DNA from: the human T2T-CHM13v2.0 reference genome, Homo sapiens
Length of the DNA stretch: 64,000 nucleotides
Reading direction: 5' to 3' (one strand)
NCBI RefSeq assembly: GCF_009914755.1
Contig: NC_060927.1
The number at the start of each line of letters is the position of its first letter. Position 1 is the stretch's first letter. The notes beneath the pieces are model-generated. The model was given only the letters and a program-made list of their open reading frames with translations. It did not search any database and was not told the origin of the DNA. Shown here piece by piece: positions 1 to 14,094 of this stretch. Both the position numbers and the translations under genes were made by a program.

Positions 1-449
1 CAAATCAAATATCACTTATCAAGTCCACATATGAAGTATGTATGATTTGCCAGGAGTTAGGATACTTAACCCTGTATTAGAAGCACATGGATTTGAAAAC
101 AACAGAAAAGCAGCACGATACAGCTGCTTCTGAGATACAAGAAATGGTGTAGTTTTAAAAAGAAATGCTTATGAGAGATTTTAGACATTTTTGAGCTGTT
201 AAGTTTTCTAGAACCATTTGGAATGATTTTGAAGTGACCTCGCCTGGAAAGCATATTTATGTAGTTTCTTTCTCTGTACCACTTATTCTTCAGCTTCAGT
301 GTAATTCTCAGTTTACTGTATGCCAGTTGGCATGTTGTAGTTTAAATATTTTCAGAACCTTTCCACTGCGTATTAATCTCTTAGACAGTTGAAACATTTG
401 TTGACCTGTAGTCCTGTTTTTTTAAATTGTTTATGTGAGAAACAATATA

Positions 450-680
450 TCTGAATGATTAAGAGCATTGTCTCCAGAATAGATTGCCTTAGTTAGAATA
501 CCGGCTGAGTTACACATTAGCTTTGTGTCATGGGGCACATTACTTAACCTCTCTGTGCTTCAGCACCCTCATCGTTAGGAGAATCTGTACAAAAGTGATT
601 ATAATATCTACTTCAGAATACTGTTGTGAGGAATATTGTTCTGTATGCCTGGCACATAGAAGAGAAAAATAAATATTGTC
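450..680. mobile_element. MIR-like SINE (one of several; similar relics near 5810-6060, 6790-7000, 16610-16810, 50950-51110)
   Basis: ggggcacattacttaacctctctgtgcttcag...gttgtgagga...tgcctggcacatag MIR core. Confidence 0.6.
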
Positions 681-1689
681 TGTCATCAGTATTATTTCGT
701 ATATGGAGAACTGAAAGGAGCTTCAAGATTTGCATTGTGTGGGCTTTCATACCATCTTCAAGAGATGATTTTTTGGAGAAAACATGCTTTTGAAATTCAG
801 TGTAAACATGGTATTTATGGAGCTATATCTCACAACAATTTTCCTCTGGCTTACATTTTAGACCACCTTTTGTTCAAGTGTCATGTGGACCACTTGGCTT
901 AGATGAGAGTCACACAAATTTTTATATTCCAAGTTCCTCCTTCTCTCTCCCTACTACAGCCTTTGAATGGCAATTAATATTGCTGCTTCCTTCCCCACCT
1001 TCCCTCTCTAGCTTCTTTTAGGCATTTTGTAAATAGATAACATAAGAAACAATTTGTTTTGGCCACAAGTTCAATTTTTCTGGCATAAAGCTGTATTTAT
1101 TTTTGATATTCCTGATTAGTAAAGGTGCAAGCCCAGTATCTATACCATTCCAATCTGTGGGTCCCTGAGTTGCTCCAAGGCATTTACAGGCAAACTCCTG
1201 GGATTCATTTTCTTCCACAGGCCCAAAGTGGGAGTTCCGATATGGTATGAGACCACTGTGAGATGGATTAGAAAGATCTGGAAGCTAGATGGGAACTAGC
1301 TCGGGCATAATCAAGTACTCTTGACCCTCACAATTGTTGCTTTCTAATATAATTTCACTAGTTCTTCCCACTTTCTTTAATTCTGTTTGTTGTCTTGTTG
1401 CTGACAAAATAATTTTTAGTACTTTCTAATGTGGTCATTGTGTATAAACCAGGTGAAGAAAATTTTCTGTTATTTTCTTGAAGAATAAAATAAAAAGACT
1501 GATTCATGAAATGCTATCTGAGGCTGGCCCTGGGTTAAATTCCAGGGTATCCCTTGCAACAGAACAATGAGAATTTTCACATTCTTAGCTGTTTTTTTGA
1601 ATGACTGCTAAATCTCTAGGGCTGTGGTGCATCCTGAGGAACTTGAGGATTTTCCTTTTCTACCTTTGTTCACTTTAGATCTAGCCTCA

Positions 1690-1992
<303 letters not shown>

Positions 1993-2481
1993 TCAGGTTG
2001 TGTGTGCTGTTAGCCTCTGCAGGCTTCGCCTTTGCCACCTGTGAAATGGTGCTGATAAGTGGTGCTGCACACACATATGTAATATGTATGTATTTACTAT
2101 TAGCAATAAATCAAATTTAATTTTTAAACGCATTTGGGAAATGACATACTTTAAATATACTGGAATAAGGAGAACCTTTTTTAACACATGGACTGAAAGG
2201 TTCACCTAAGGTGGTGCCTCTGCATATTTCAACTCTTTGTGTTTGATTAGTTATCCTGCTGTAGGATTACGGCCACACAACTCTCTGAGAACAATGGTTT
2301 CTGTGAGGTGCTATCAACCTCTGGCTTTCCTTCAGAAATAGGCACTCCTTTTGAACTATGCTATATTTTTCTTAAAGCCTTTAAGATTTAAGGAGGAATT
2401 TTCTGATCTGAGGTACAGAACCCCAGGAAATACTTTCAGTGAGATTTTATTCACCAAATGCTTAACCAGTACTGATTTGGA

Positions 2482-2607
2482 TAGGGTGGTCTTCTAACTT
2501 ATTAGTCAACCTGGACACTTTTGAGAATGAAAAGAGGACTTAATTACATGGGGACAGCAGGAGTGAACTGGGTCTGTCTCAGGCAAACTGGGGTATGTGT
2601 TCACCCT
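2482..2607 (+). mobile_element. MER81-like hAT-Blackjack element
   Basis: agggtggtc...ggacacttttgagaatgaaag...ggcaaactggggtatgtgttcaccct. Confidence 0.65.
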
Positions 2608-3413
2608 AAGAATAAGTAGACACTGGATAATCAGAATAAACTTTTCAAATACTAAAAATTTTTTGCAAGCTCAGGTCTTCATAAACATCTGAAAATGAGC
2701 CTCAAAATAGGTAGGTTTTACTTTGTCCCTCTTTGCAGTGAATGCTACTATGTGCAAATTTATTGAGCTTCTACTGTGTATAAATACTCTGTGTTAATCT
2801 TTCAGAGAATTCTTCCACTTAAACGAGCTCATAGCATTTCCAAACAAAAGTTTAGAGTCCTGGTTTATAGTTCTTGCCCCAGTGCATTCTTTTTTCACTC
2901 TGTTTATTCTATTTTAAAGCTGATTCCTTCATGACGTCTCTGACTGTGTTAGTTCATCCTGTTCTGTCCTTTCTGTAATCCTTGTATTTTAATTCTAAGT
3001 TTGGAAACCAATCCCCTTTTGGTATGTGGTAAATATTTTCTTCATGTGATACATAAAAGATTGGTAGGCATTGTGAAGTGGGGAGCTCGGGTTATTTTGT
3101 ATTTTGTTTTTGTCAACCACAGCATTCAGCTCACTGCTGGGGATATGGTGATGGGTGGGACTGGGGACACCATTGGTGGGCTTAGGGTAGCAGATCATGA
3201 GTGTGTTTCAGTTGTGGAAAGAATGAGGGCTAGTAAACTTAATGGACACGGTGTTTAAAAATAAAGAAAAGAGCCGCAACGTCACCTTATCTAGCCTAAT
3301 TAAATTGTATGGACTTTCTGTTAAGAGTTGATACAGCCAAAATGCATTATGAACTTATGTTAACCTCTCATTTCCTTCTTAATCTAGGTCTACTAATATC
3401 TTTTAAAAGCCAG

Positions 3414-3718
3414 TTTTTGTTGTTGTTTGTTTTTTGAGACAGGGTCTTGCTCTGTTGTCCAGGCTGGAGTGAGGTGGCATGATAGTGGATCACTGCAGCC
3501 TTAAACTCCTGGGTTTAAGCAGTCCTCCCATATTAGCCTCCCAAGTAGCTGGGACTGCAGGCGTGTACCACTGTGTCCAGCTAATTTTTATATTTTTCAT
3601 AGAGATAGGGGTCTCACAATGTTGCCGTGGTCGGTCTCGAACTTCTGAACTCAAGTGATCCTCCTGCCACAGTCTACCAACATGCTGGAATTACAGACCT
3701 GAACCACTGCACCTGGCC
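3414..3718 (-). mobile_element. Alu (AluJ-like)
   Basis: Diverged dimer: gagacagggtcttgctctgttgtccaggctggagtg...cactgcacctggcc. Confidence 0.9.
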
Positions 3719-4616
3719 CTACAGCTGGTTTTTAATGACATTTTACATAAGTACAGCTCAATGCTGACCGGCTTTGTTTCCCAGTGATCACTTTTCTGAG
3801 GTTTGTAGGTATTTGGACCTAGTCTTTAAAAGGTAAATAACTGTATTCTTGTAAATAACTGTAATCTTTTTTTTTCTCTTCAGAATACTGTTCCTGCCTT
3901 AGTTGTATTCAGACTAAATTATACTCAAAGCTGAGACGTTTCCAGTAAAGTCAACATTTATCTTTATCTTGACGGCGTCACATCCATTTTTCTGGCCTTC
4001 CAGTTTCCATCTCCCCAGACTGATTTCCTTGATGGTGTGGATGTGTATGGTGTCTTTGGTTCTGTGTGTTGCAGGGCAAGCATGGCCTGAGGATCCCTGT
4101 GTGTTTAACAATGGAATGTCATCGGCTTTTGTTTTTTTGGAGGGGAAGCATCTTGATTTTCAGGGCCATGTTTATTTATGCATTTAATTCTGAAATAAGA
4201 GGGGGTGCAATTTTATAAACTAAATTATACTGTTCCCCATTCTCTTTTGGAAATGCCCATGAATGAGACAGATTAGAGAGGTATTTTGCATGAACGAATG
4301 ATGGAGAGACCAAAAAAAAACCCCAAAAGGCAGAGGTGGAGATACATTCACAGCCACAGTTTTATCCTAATATCAAAGCTGGTTTCTAATCTAATAGGAT
4401 ATAAGGAATATGATAATATTTGCAGGATTGAACTGATAGTCAAGTGTAGCCTACCTGGAATTGTGGAGGGTAAGAGGGATGGTGGCCATGGCTTGCTAGG
4501 TAATTCCTGGGTAAGTAATGGAGAAACAGCCATTAGTTTTCATACATTACTTCCGTTAGAGAGGTTGGTTGCTTATCTTCAGAATAAAGTAAAAATGCCC
4601 ACATAACTCCTTAAGC

Positions 4617-5146
4617 TGGTGGTTCTCAAAGTGTGGTTCCTGGGCCTGGATCAGCATGACCTGAGAACTTGCTGGAAATGCAAGTTACCCAAGACTCCCA
4701 GACACCTCCATTCCTGAAACTCAGCCTCTGGGGAGGGGTCCAGTGGTACGTGGTGTTTTGTTTTGTTTTGTTTTGTTTTGTTTTGTTTTGTTTTGTTTTT
4801 GTTGTGTTGTGTTTTGAGACAGAGTCTTGCTGTGTCATCCAGGCCACAGTGCAGTGGTATGATCTTGGCGCACTATAACCTCCACCTCCTGGGTTCAATA
4901 CATTCTTGTGCCTCAGCCTCCCGAGTAGCTGGGACTACAGGCGTTCGTCACCATGCCTGGCTAATTTTTTTGTATTTTTAGTAGAGACGGGGTTTCACCA
5001 CGTTGGCCAGGCTGGTCTTGAACTCCTGACCTCAAGTGATTGACCCGCCTCGGCCTCCCAGTGTGCTAAGATTACAGGTATGTGCCACTGCACTCAGCTG
5101 AAGGGGTAGATGTTTTAACAAACATGTTAAAGTTTGAGAATCACTG
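4617..5146. mobile_element. MER5A-like hAT element split by the Alu
   Basis: Termini tggttctcaaagtgtgg (~4620) and aagtttgagaatcactg (~5130-5146) flank the Alu. Confidence 0.65.
4755..5098 (-). mobile_element. Alu (AluS-like) with (GTTTT)n tail
   Basis: Full dimer; pentamer tail at ~4755-4815. Confidence 0.92.
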
Positions 5147-8100
5147 TTAAAACTACTATTTTTTAATAGCTTTGGGTTATGAATACCTTTCAGAATTTAT
5201 TGAAAGTTAGATAGCTAGAAAAATGTACAGACACATTTTATACACTAGCAGGGAATTCATGAACTCTCCTGATTAAGTCCCCTGTTATAAAGGAAACATT
5301 TTGGTTTCAGGATGTATCCCATCAGAAGTATTAGATTTTAAGTCACACTAGTGATAGTTTGGATTTGAGAATTTGATTATTGTTCATCTCCAGTAGCATG
5401 AGTAGCCCTGGACTGTGGTTTGCCCCCAACTTTTTGTGGGAAGAATTTGCACACTGAGATATCTCCAGACATTAATGCTGGGCCCTGTGGTGAATGTAAA
5501 CATGGTACCTATGGGGTGGCCCTGACACCTGGCTGGCAACAGTGGGTGCCTGCTTGCTCAGCCATAGACTTTACATAGTTCAGCCTTTTGGAGGTCCCTG
5601 TGCCAGCCACTGTGAAGGAAATTTGGTGAGGCCTATGTTAAAAGCTTAGTTTGTATATGTGTTTTTTAAATTTACTAAGGGATGCATGGGCAATGTAAAT
5701 ACATTAGAAAATACAGAAAAGTAGAAAGCAGAAAATTAAAATCACCGACAGATTTATTCTTGGGTAACCAGTTATTTTGTTGCAAATGGTAAAATGCACT
5801 AGGAAGATAACAGGAATAATAATAATACCTAAGACTTACTGAGTTTTTATTGTATGCCAGATACTGTTCTAAATTCCTTATTTATATTAACTCATTAAAA
5901 CCTGATAGCTTCTATATAAAGTAAGTCCTGTTAACGTCTCCTCAGTTAAATGATAGAGGGCAGTAAGGCTTGGTGAGGTTAAGCATTTTGCCTGAAGACA
6001 CGTAGCTGGTAAGGATTTGAGTTGAGGCAGGGGAAGCCGTAGTTCTCTAGGGCATCTTAACATGTACCCTCTGCTGGTCTTTAGGAGGAAGAGAAAACAC
6101 TGCAATGAATGACTGTCGCGTGGGGTGGCGTTGGGGAAGAGACCCATGTAGGAGTACATGGGGTTGACGAGTGAGGATTAGGACATGTCTGCATGGGCGA
6201 AGTGGGTGCAGAGATGGATCAACAGCTGAGGAGTGTGCACAGGCCCTGTGCTTTTAGGATGGCCCAGCACCCTTTAGTGATTTGGCTAATCAGCCTCACC
6301 TTCAGCTATCTTCCAGTCCTTTGTCATCAGCACGTGAAACTGCTGAAATAATGCCAGCTGAGTGGACCTCCCCAGAGTGTCTTAAACTTGTGAGCATCTG
6401 TTTCATTTTAAACTGGATAACATTGCATTATTACAAACATGTGGAACCAGAAGGAAATGTACAAATGTGGTGTTCACAATTTGCTATCATAGTGAAGGCT
6501 GACAGAATTATCATAAGTCACTGAGCCTTTAAATAACATTTGTTTGTAAAGTTGTTTTGTTCTTTGATTTTGAGTTTAATGCCAACTTGGGTCATATCAA
6601 CTTTCCAAAATATCATGAGCTTTACGTGTTTTATCGTTAATTTAATTTTCCTTGAAATTATTTCCCAGAACATCAAATGGGAGTTTTAAATTTTTTAAGT
6701 GTTATTTGAAAGAAACAATCCAAGAAAAAATTAATTTAACATGTTCAGTGAATAAGGACTCATCTCTAAGAGATTAATGTAATATAGAGATTAAGAATGC
6801 AGGCTACAGGGTTGGAATTCCTGGATTCCCGTACCACCCCCCCCACTTATCAGCTCTGTGACTCTTGGTAAAATACCTAACTCATCTGTTAAATGGTAAT
6901 AATTCTCTTTACCCCATAGGGTTGTGGTAAGAGTGAGACAATACAAAGCAGTGTTGAAGTCAGTGCAGGGTAAAGTGTGGCACAGCCTTCAGTTAATGTT
7001 AGGAATTGTAGAAAGGCAGATAACGATGGACAGAGGCTGAGATCTCTTACCACCACTCCTTCCCTCTCCCCTACCCACTTAACAGTATATCATGGTGACT
7101 TTTCCATTTCAGTTTTTAAAGTTCTGCCTTTTTCTTTTGAGTAGTTCTACTTCATTTCACTGAAGAAAAGAATCATAACCATTTTTCTGTTACTGGACAT
7201 TTGGGTTATTTCATTGTTCAGTGTTTAAAGATCTCTGTACTTGTATTTCCTTGTTCCCTCCCACATTCCCCTAAAATCTTTGAAGGTTGTGTTTTGAGGT
7301 TGGTCTTCAGTACAGCTGCTGTAATTGATTTCATTATTTTGTAAGCACTTGTTTGCTGTGACATCAAAAAGAGTTTGTGCTCACTTAGCATAAAATTAAG
7401 TAATTATTGGACATGCCATCTTTTAAATGGAAGAACTGAACTCTTCTCACGAGGGCAGTAGGAGTGTATTTTGTCAGTTAGGAAAGAAGAAACTGCTTAA
7501 GAGCTTTTATTGAAAACGCCTTATGGCCTGTCTCAGAAATTCAAACCTGAGCTTATTAGTTGGTTTATGATTGTGTAAAGCGCACATCTCTAAGATAACC
7601 ATAACCCAGTATGGAGAGTTTTCTCATTTATAGTTGATGGGGTTTCTTTCTCCTGAAATTGTTTCCCTCAAATTGCAGTTTAATTTGTGTATTAAAAACT
7701 GCTCTGTCATAATCAATGCTGGGAGCAGGAGCCTCCTGTGACCTTCCAGCCTGTGCCCCCTACCCCAGCCAGCTGCAAGAAGGAGCTCTAAAAACACAAA
7801 TTAAGTCTTGCTACTCCCTTGCTCAGGCCCACCCAGTGCGTGTGTGTGTATGTGTGTGTGTGGTCTCATCACACTTAGAAAACATCCAGAGTTTGGTCAT
7901 GGCCTGCATGGCTCTACATGACCAGCTGGCCCTGCCTGGTTCTCTGACTGTACCTCCTGTGGCCACTGCCTTGCCCTTCTCTTGTAGCCACACTGGCCTT
8001 CTTGCTCTTGCTCCTCCACTTCAAAGATAACACACCCATCTTCTCCATTTGCTCTTTCTCCCTCTTTGTCTCCCTTATTTCTGTTCTGATCTCTCATCTT

Positions 8101-10652
8101 CATGATGATTTCTTCCTCTCACCCTATTTTCCAGAACTCGCCATTATGTCCTGCCTCCAGCCTGCTAGATTATTCTTCAGTGCAGAACCACTTGTTATGC
8201 TGTGTGTCGCCAGCACCTAGAGCAGTATCTGGCACAGTGGAAGTATTCAGTTAATAATGGTTGAGCCAAAGACGGAATAAACAAAGGGGAGCTACTCATA
8301 GAATATAATGTACGATGCTCTATTCTGAGACTTTAAATAGTCATCATGGAAACTGAGTAGATCTTTTGGCTTTTAAAGTTAAAGAGATCAGGAAAATAAA
8401 ACTGTTGAGTTTATTTTTCCCAGCACAGACGTGGAATTTCTGAGAATTTTTTAAAAAGCAGAAGTTTCACAGACTGATTTCTCTTTTTTGAGTATCATTA
8501 TCTTCTGCTTCTTTACTCTTATATTTGTGTCTTACACCATGAGAGCCTTTTCGAGTCTTTATTCTCAACTGCCCACTTGCCGGTCACTGCCATCATCCTC
8601 CCTATCTCCTCTCAAATCACTGATGACAGATTTTCAGTTATATTCAGGGTTTCTCTCTAAGAAAATAGGCAGTATACAGCAGGCTCATCATAAGAATATT
8701 CCTTTTTATACGGAGGAATCTGAGTAGGTTTTAAAATGTTTCTTGGCTGGCTTCTGGCAGTCCTCATAGGCCTTCTGGGGTTCCAGGGAGACGGATGGTG
8801 TCCCCATCTCAGCCTCACCAAGAGTATAGTATTTCTGGTTCTGTCTTATGTATTGGTAAGATTGTGTTTGTATAAAAAAATTTCTCCCTGCAAATTAAAG
8901 TCAGAACACCTATGAAATTGGAAGGGTCTCTTGGTCCTTTTCAGGGAATCATGGAAAGGCTTGGAGCAGAGTCTTGCGGCCCTGAGAATTGAAGATGGCA
9001 GGCAAAGGGCATCAGCGCTGGGCAAGTCTGATTAGTTCTGGTTCAAAGAGGCATTTAATTGTTGTCTGTGCCTTCAGGTTGCTCAGTTACAAGAGTTTCT
9101 GAGCTACTGACTTAGATTCGACTTGGCAGTGTGCACAGGTGCCCTTGGCTTTGCTGCCATCTTTCCCCTTTCAGTTCCCCTTTCTCCTTAGTGCTTTTGT
9201 TTGCAGCACAACGTTGTTACGGCAACTTTATGCTAATGATGCTGCTGCCTCTGTGCCTTTGAGGAAGGCTCATCTGATTTCTGTTAAATAAGTAGATGTC
9301 CCTTCATGACCTCAATTTCCAAGGTATTCAACATCTTCTATTAAAATGAGAACATGAACTTATCAAAGCCAAAATGTTAACAAATTTGTGAAATATTTGA
9401 ACCCTATCACTGCATGTGTCTGGAAATCTCAAACAGAAGAGACTTTTAGGATCGCATTTACAGTATCATCCAGATAGAAAGCAGTTTAGTGTTGAGCGAA
9501 CGGACTTAACATTAAACACAGGTTGCCTAGACTCTAGACATTTTTTAAATTATATTTTTACAGAAGCAGTTGTATAATAGTGCAGTCCTTTTTAAAAATC
9601 GCGTTTCAATTTTGACTTCCACCTTAGCGTTAGCTATAAGAGATGGGGGTTGCTGTCTTATTTTCCTTGAACATTCTTTCCTATTCTAGTACCTTGAAGA
9701 TTTTAAGTAAAGGAAGGAGTGGATGAGCAAGTGATATGAACATATCAGTGGAAAGGAACTCCAGCCATGGGAGGAAAGCTTTGGGACTTGGTGGCTTGGC
9801 ACAGGGAAAAATAAAGCATACATGCAGGAAATAGTTAGCTGCCTGGTAAGAAGAAAGACTAAGGTCAGAGCAAAAAAGTGCTGTAGATGTCCTACGAAGG
9901 GAAAACTTCCTTCTCCTGGGAAGGAATTGGTATGCTGTCATGCCCAGCATGTTGTAGGAGTCTGTAACTTTTATAAACCCCCACCTTCACATGAAGTCAA
10001 TCCATTCTGTCCTGGAGTGTTTTCAGTATGGTTTAAAATGGATTTTATGGGATGTTTGGATTTACTTTATACATAGTGTTGACAAATTACATCTATACTG
10101 TAAAGTACAAAAGACTTTTTCCTAATTTAAAATTGTCTGGGCAGCTCATTCTAGAGTTCATTTCTTGCGTGTTAGAACTCCTTACATTCTTGAAGTGAAG
10201 TTTATTTTGACTGTTTACAGGAACTATCAACTAAACACTTCATGGAAGATGTGACTTATGACAGTATTCCTTACTGGGAGATTTTTGCTTTCTTTATTCT
10301 TTTTGACCTTTGGCTGTGAAAAGGATTGTACATTGTCATTTAGAAAGGCATAACAATAATGAAGTGCTATTAAGGAAATGGTAGTCATTGAAATACTTCA
10401 TGAGAAAAGGAATTTAAGTGTATAATGTAATCAAATTTAAGTAGCTAATCACAAATCCCCTTTTCTTTTTAGAAAGAAACAATATCAAGGTTATATGTTA
10501 CTTTCTCTTTTTTCACCCTAAATTCTAAGCCACTATTGATTATCCCTGAAATGTTAGCTTGTGAATCTGGGTAATTGTTAAAAACAGAAAAGTGCAAGCT
10601 ACAAATGAGAGCCTCGGTCCTTGCTTAGATGTAAATAGTTTTCCTATGAATT

Positions 10653-11403
10653 TAAAACATTTTTTTAAAGCCACCTAAATCCTATAAAATAATGCCAGTG
10701 TTTCAGGCTATAGAAAATGTCTCTTGAGAGTAATATCTTGTAACATGTATTACTTATATATATAAGTCAGTTTTCAACAGAGCTGCTGTGAATTACTGTT
10801 TTATGGCCTAATTCATTAAAAAGAATTGCCTAATTGTGGTGTAGAAACTTAGGCACTAAGGCAGAGTAATAAGAAAGGAACCTTGCTAAAACATGGAGCA
10901 TGTTTTGGCTGAATAATATCAAGGAAACAGCTGTCAAAATACAGTGTTTGAGAATAGCTTTTTAAAATTTCTTTGTACGTAGAGTATTTTATCAGTTGCT
11001 AAGTACTTAAGAAATGCGCTATTATCCTAATTTATGAATTTCTCCAAATGCCAGTAAAATGGACAAGGGTAATTTTTGCTCTTTTTAGTCTTATGCGTTC
11101 TTAGTAAAGTCTCAAGGAAATAGCTGGAAATGCTCTGTTTTAATATGCATCGGTGGTAGTCTTTAAACAGTGGGAATACTTCTTTTTATGTTTTCAGCTT
11201 ACATGTTTTCAATACAAAGCATTAGTAAAACATTTTTTAAAGCTACCTAAATCCTATAAAATAATGCCAGTGTTTTAGGGTATAGAAAATGTCTCTTGAG
11301 AGTAATATCTTGTAACATTTATTACTTATATATATATATAAGTCAGTTTTCAACAGAGCTGCTGTGAATTACTGTTTTATGGCCTAATTTGTTAAAAAGA
11401 ATT
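10653..11403. repeat. Spaced direct duplication of ~175 bp
   Basis: 10653-10827 and 11226-11403 are near-identical. Confidence 0.95.
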
Positions 11404-11869
11404 CAGTCTATGCTAATGACATGGTAATTTTCTAACATATATACAAAGAGGAAGAAAATATGGTGAGCATACTGCTCTCCATTTTCTGTGCTGAGTTAAA
11501 CTGCTATTTGTACAGAAATGAAACTGGATTATCCCTGCCCTAGTCAAGGCATGTCCTAGGCAGAACCATAACATGAGTTCTAAATGGAAGCTTCCAGGTT
11601 TCTCCATTTTGTCTAATTTGTGAGTTAGACATTTTGTCAAATTTTGCCTAATTTGTTTCAAATTTTGTCTAATTTGTGAGTTCATTCCCATTAGTGGTTT
11701 TTTAAATCTAGAATGTTACTGAGGCTGAGCATAGAGCCTTTAGTAAGCTTTGAAAACACATTTCTTCTAACCTATAGGGCATTTATAAGTGAGTCAGCAG
11801 TGTTTACAAAGCACTTGTTCTCTGCAGAGAGCTACTAACAGATGAAATGGAGGAATCAAGGAAGCAATT

Positions 11870-12000
11870 TAAGATGTATCATAGACCTAAAGGTAAAACT
11901 AAGACCACAAAGCTTCTAGAGGAAAATGTAAAATACCTTCCCAACCTTCGGTTGGTTTTAGTATGCAAAATTTTTTAGCCACAAAACAAAAAAAATTAAG
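11870..12000 (+). mobile_element. Old L1 (L1M-type) fragment, left of the SET retrocopy
   Basis: atcatagacctaaaggtaaaactaagaccacaaagcttctagaggaaaat resembles L1M ORF2 3' sequence. Confidence 0.65.
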
Positions 12001-12200
12001 TTTTCTGAGCGTCTTCCTGACGAGAAAGAAGAATTGTGGTCTGGTTCTTGAACTTTCCTAGCGGTGTGACCCCCAAAACCAAGACTACTTCCTGCTCTGA
12101 GACCGGAGGAGACATTGGCCTCTCTGGGCTTGCTGAAGAAGGGAGAAAAAGAACAGAAAGAAGCAATTGAATATATTGACGACGTACAAAAGGAAATACA

Positions 12201-12516
<316 letters not shown>

Positions 12517-13257
12517 TTAATGAACAAGCCAGTGGGGAGATTGTGAAAGCAGAACAGAAGTATAACAAATTCTGCCAACCATTTTTTGGAAGAGGTCAAA
12601 ATTGATTGCCCAAATTTCAAATTTTTGGGTAACAGCATTTGTCAGCCATCCACAAGTGTCTACATTACTTGGGGAGGAAGACAAAGAGGCACTGTATTAT
12701 TTGACGAGTTGAAGTGACAGAATTTGGAGGTATTAAATCAGGTTACAGAAAGATTTTTATTTTGATGAAAATCTTTAGTTTGAAAATAAAGTTCTCTCCA
12801 AGGAATTTCATCTGAATGAGAGTGGTGATCTATTTTTAGAGTCCACTGAAGTCAAATGCAAATCTGGAAAGGATATAATGAAAACGTTCCAGTCAAACGC
12901 AGAGTAAAGTCAGCAGGAAGAGGCAGCACGAAGAACCAGAGAGCTTCTTTACCTGGTTTACTGACCGTTCTGATGCAGGTGTTGTTGAGTTGGGAGAGTT
13001 CATCAAAGATAATACTTGGACAAATCCATTACAGTACTACTTGGTTTTCAATATGGATGATGAAGAAAGGGAAGGAGATAAATGATGAAGAAGGATGGGA
13101 AGATATTGATAAAGAAAGGGGATAAGGATGAAGATGAAGAAGATGAAGATGATGATGAAAGGGAGGAAAGAAAGGGGGTGAAGGAGAAAATGACTAATAG
13201 AACACTGATAGGTTCCAACCTTTTTAAACATTTTCTCCAGTTCCTGGGAGCAAGCTG

Positions 13258-13259
<2 letters not shown>

Positions 13260-13305
<46 letters not shown>
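13260..13305. repeat. (GT)n microsatellite in the SET pseudogene 3' UTR
   Basis: Pure GT run. Confidence 0.95.
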
Positions 13306-13310
<5 letters not shown>

Positions 13311-14094
13311 TTTGGGCTCAGCTGCCTTGTTCTTGAGGTCTTTTTTTCTCTACACCACAGCTCTCAACTTATTTGGGGGGAAAATAACTTGAGCAGAATA
13401 CAATGGGAAAAGGATCTCTACCCCTTTCTGTTCCAAATTCATTTTTATCCCTTCTTGTCTGAACAAAAACTGTATGGATTTAATACCACTGAACTCTCTG
13501 GGGAAAAAAGAAAAACCTCCCTTTGCTCTGCTGGAAGTTGCATGGTGCTAAGCCCTTGTGTATTAGTGCACAGAATTTTAGCGCTTTTCTTCCTTTCTCT
13601 GTGTATTATGCTCAGAACACTGTGTCTCTGCGTGAATATGGATAGTTAGCATTTGCCAACATGTATCTGTCTACTTTCTCTTGTTTAAAAAAAGACAAAA
13701 CAAAAAATGGGACTATGTAAGGTCAGCAAAGGGTGAGTTTGAGATGTTTGGGTGGGTTAAGTGTGTATTTTGACAACATGGCTTCTCCTTTGGCATATTT
13801 AATTGTGATGTTTAATGGGCATCTTTGCAGTTTAACATGACACATTTAAAATAAGTTCTCTCCAGTGATGACTCTTGCCCTGCCACTCGATGGGACAATC
13901 CACAGAACCTGCAGGATATTATTTAGAATTCACATTCTCTGTTGTACTTTTGTACCTGTCTATTTTAAAATTTTCTTTTTATTTCACTGGAAAGGAAAGA
14001 TGACACTTAGTTTTAAATGTTAAAAGTGTACAAGTTGCTTTGTTAGAATAAAACTAAATGTGTACACATACCCAAAAACCAAAAAAAAAAAAAT

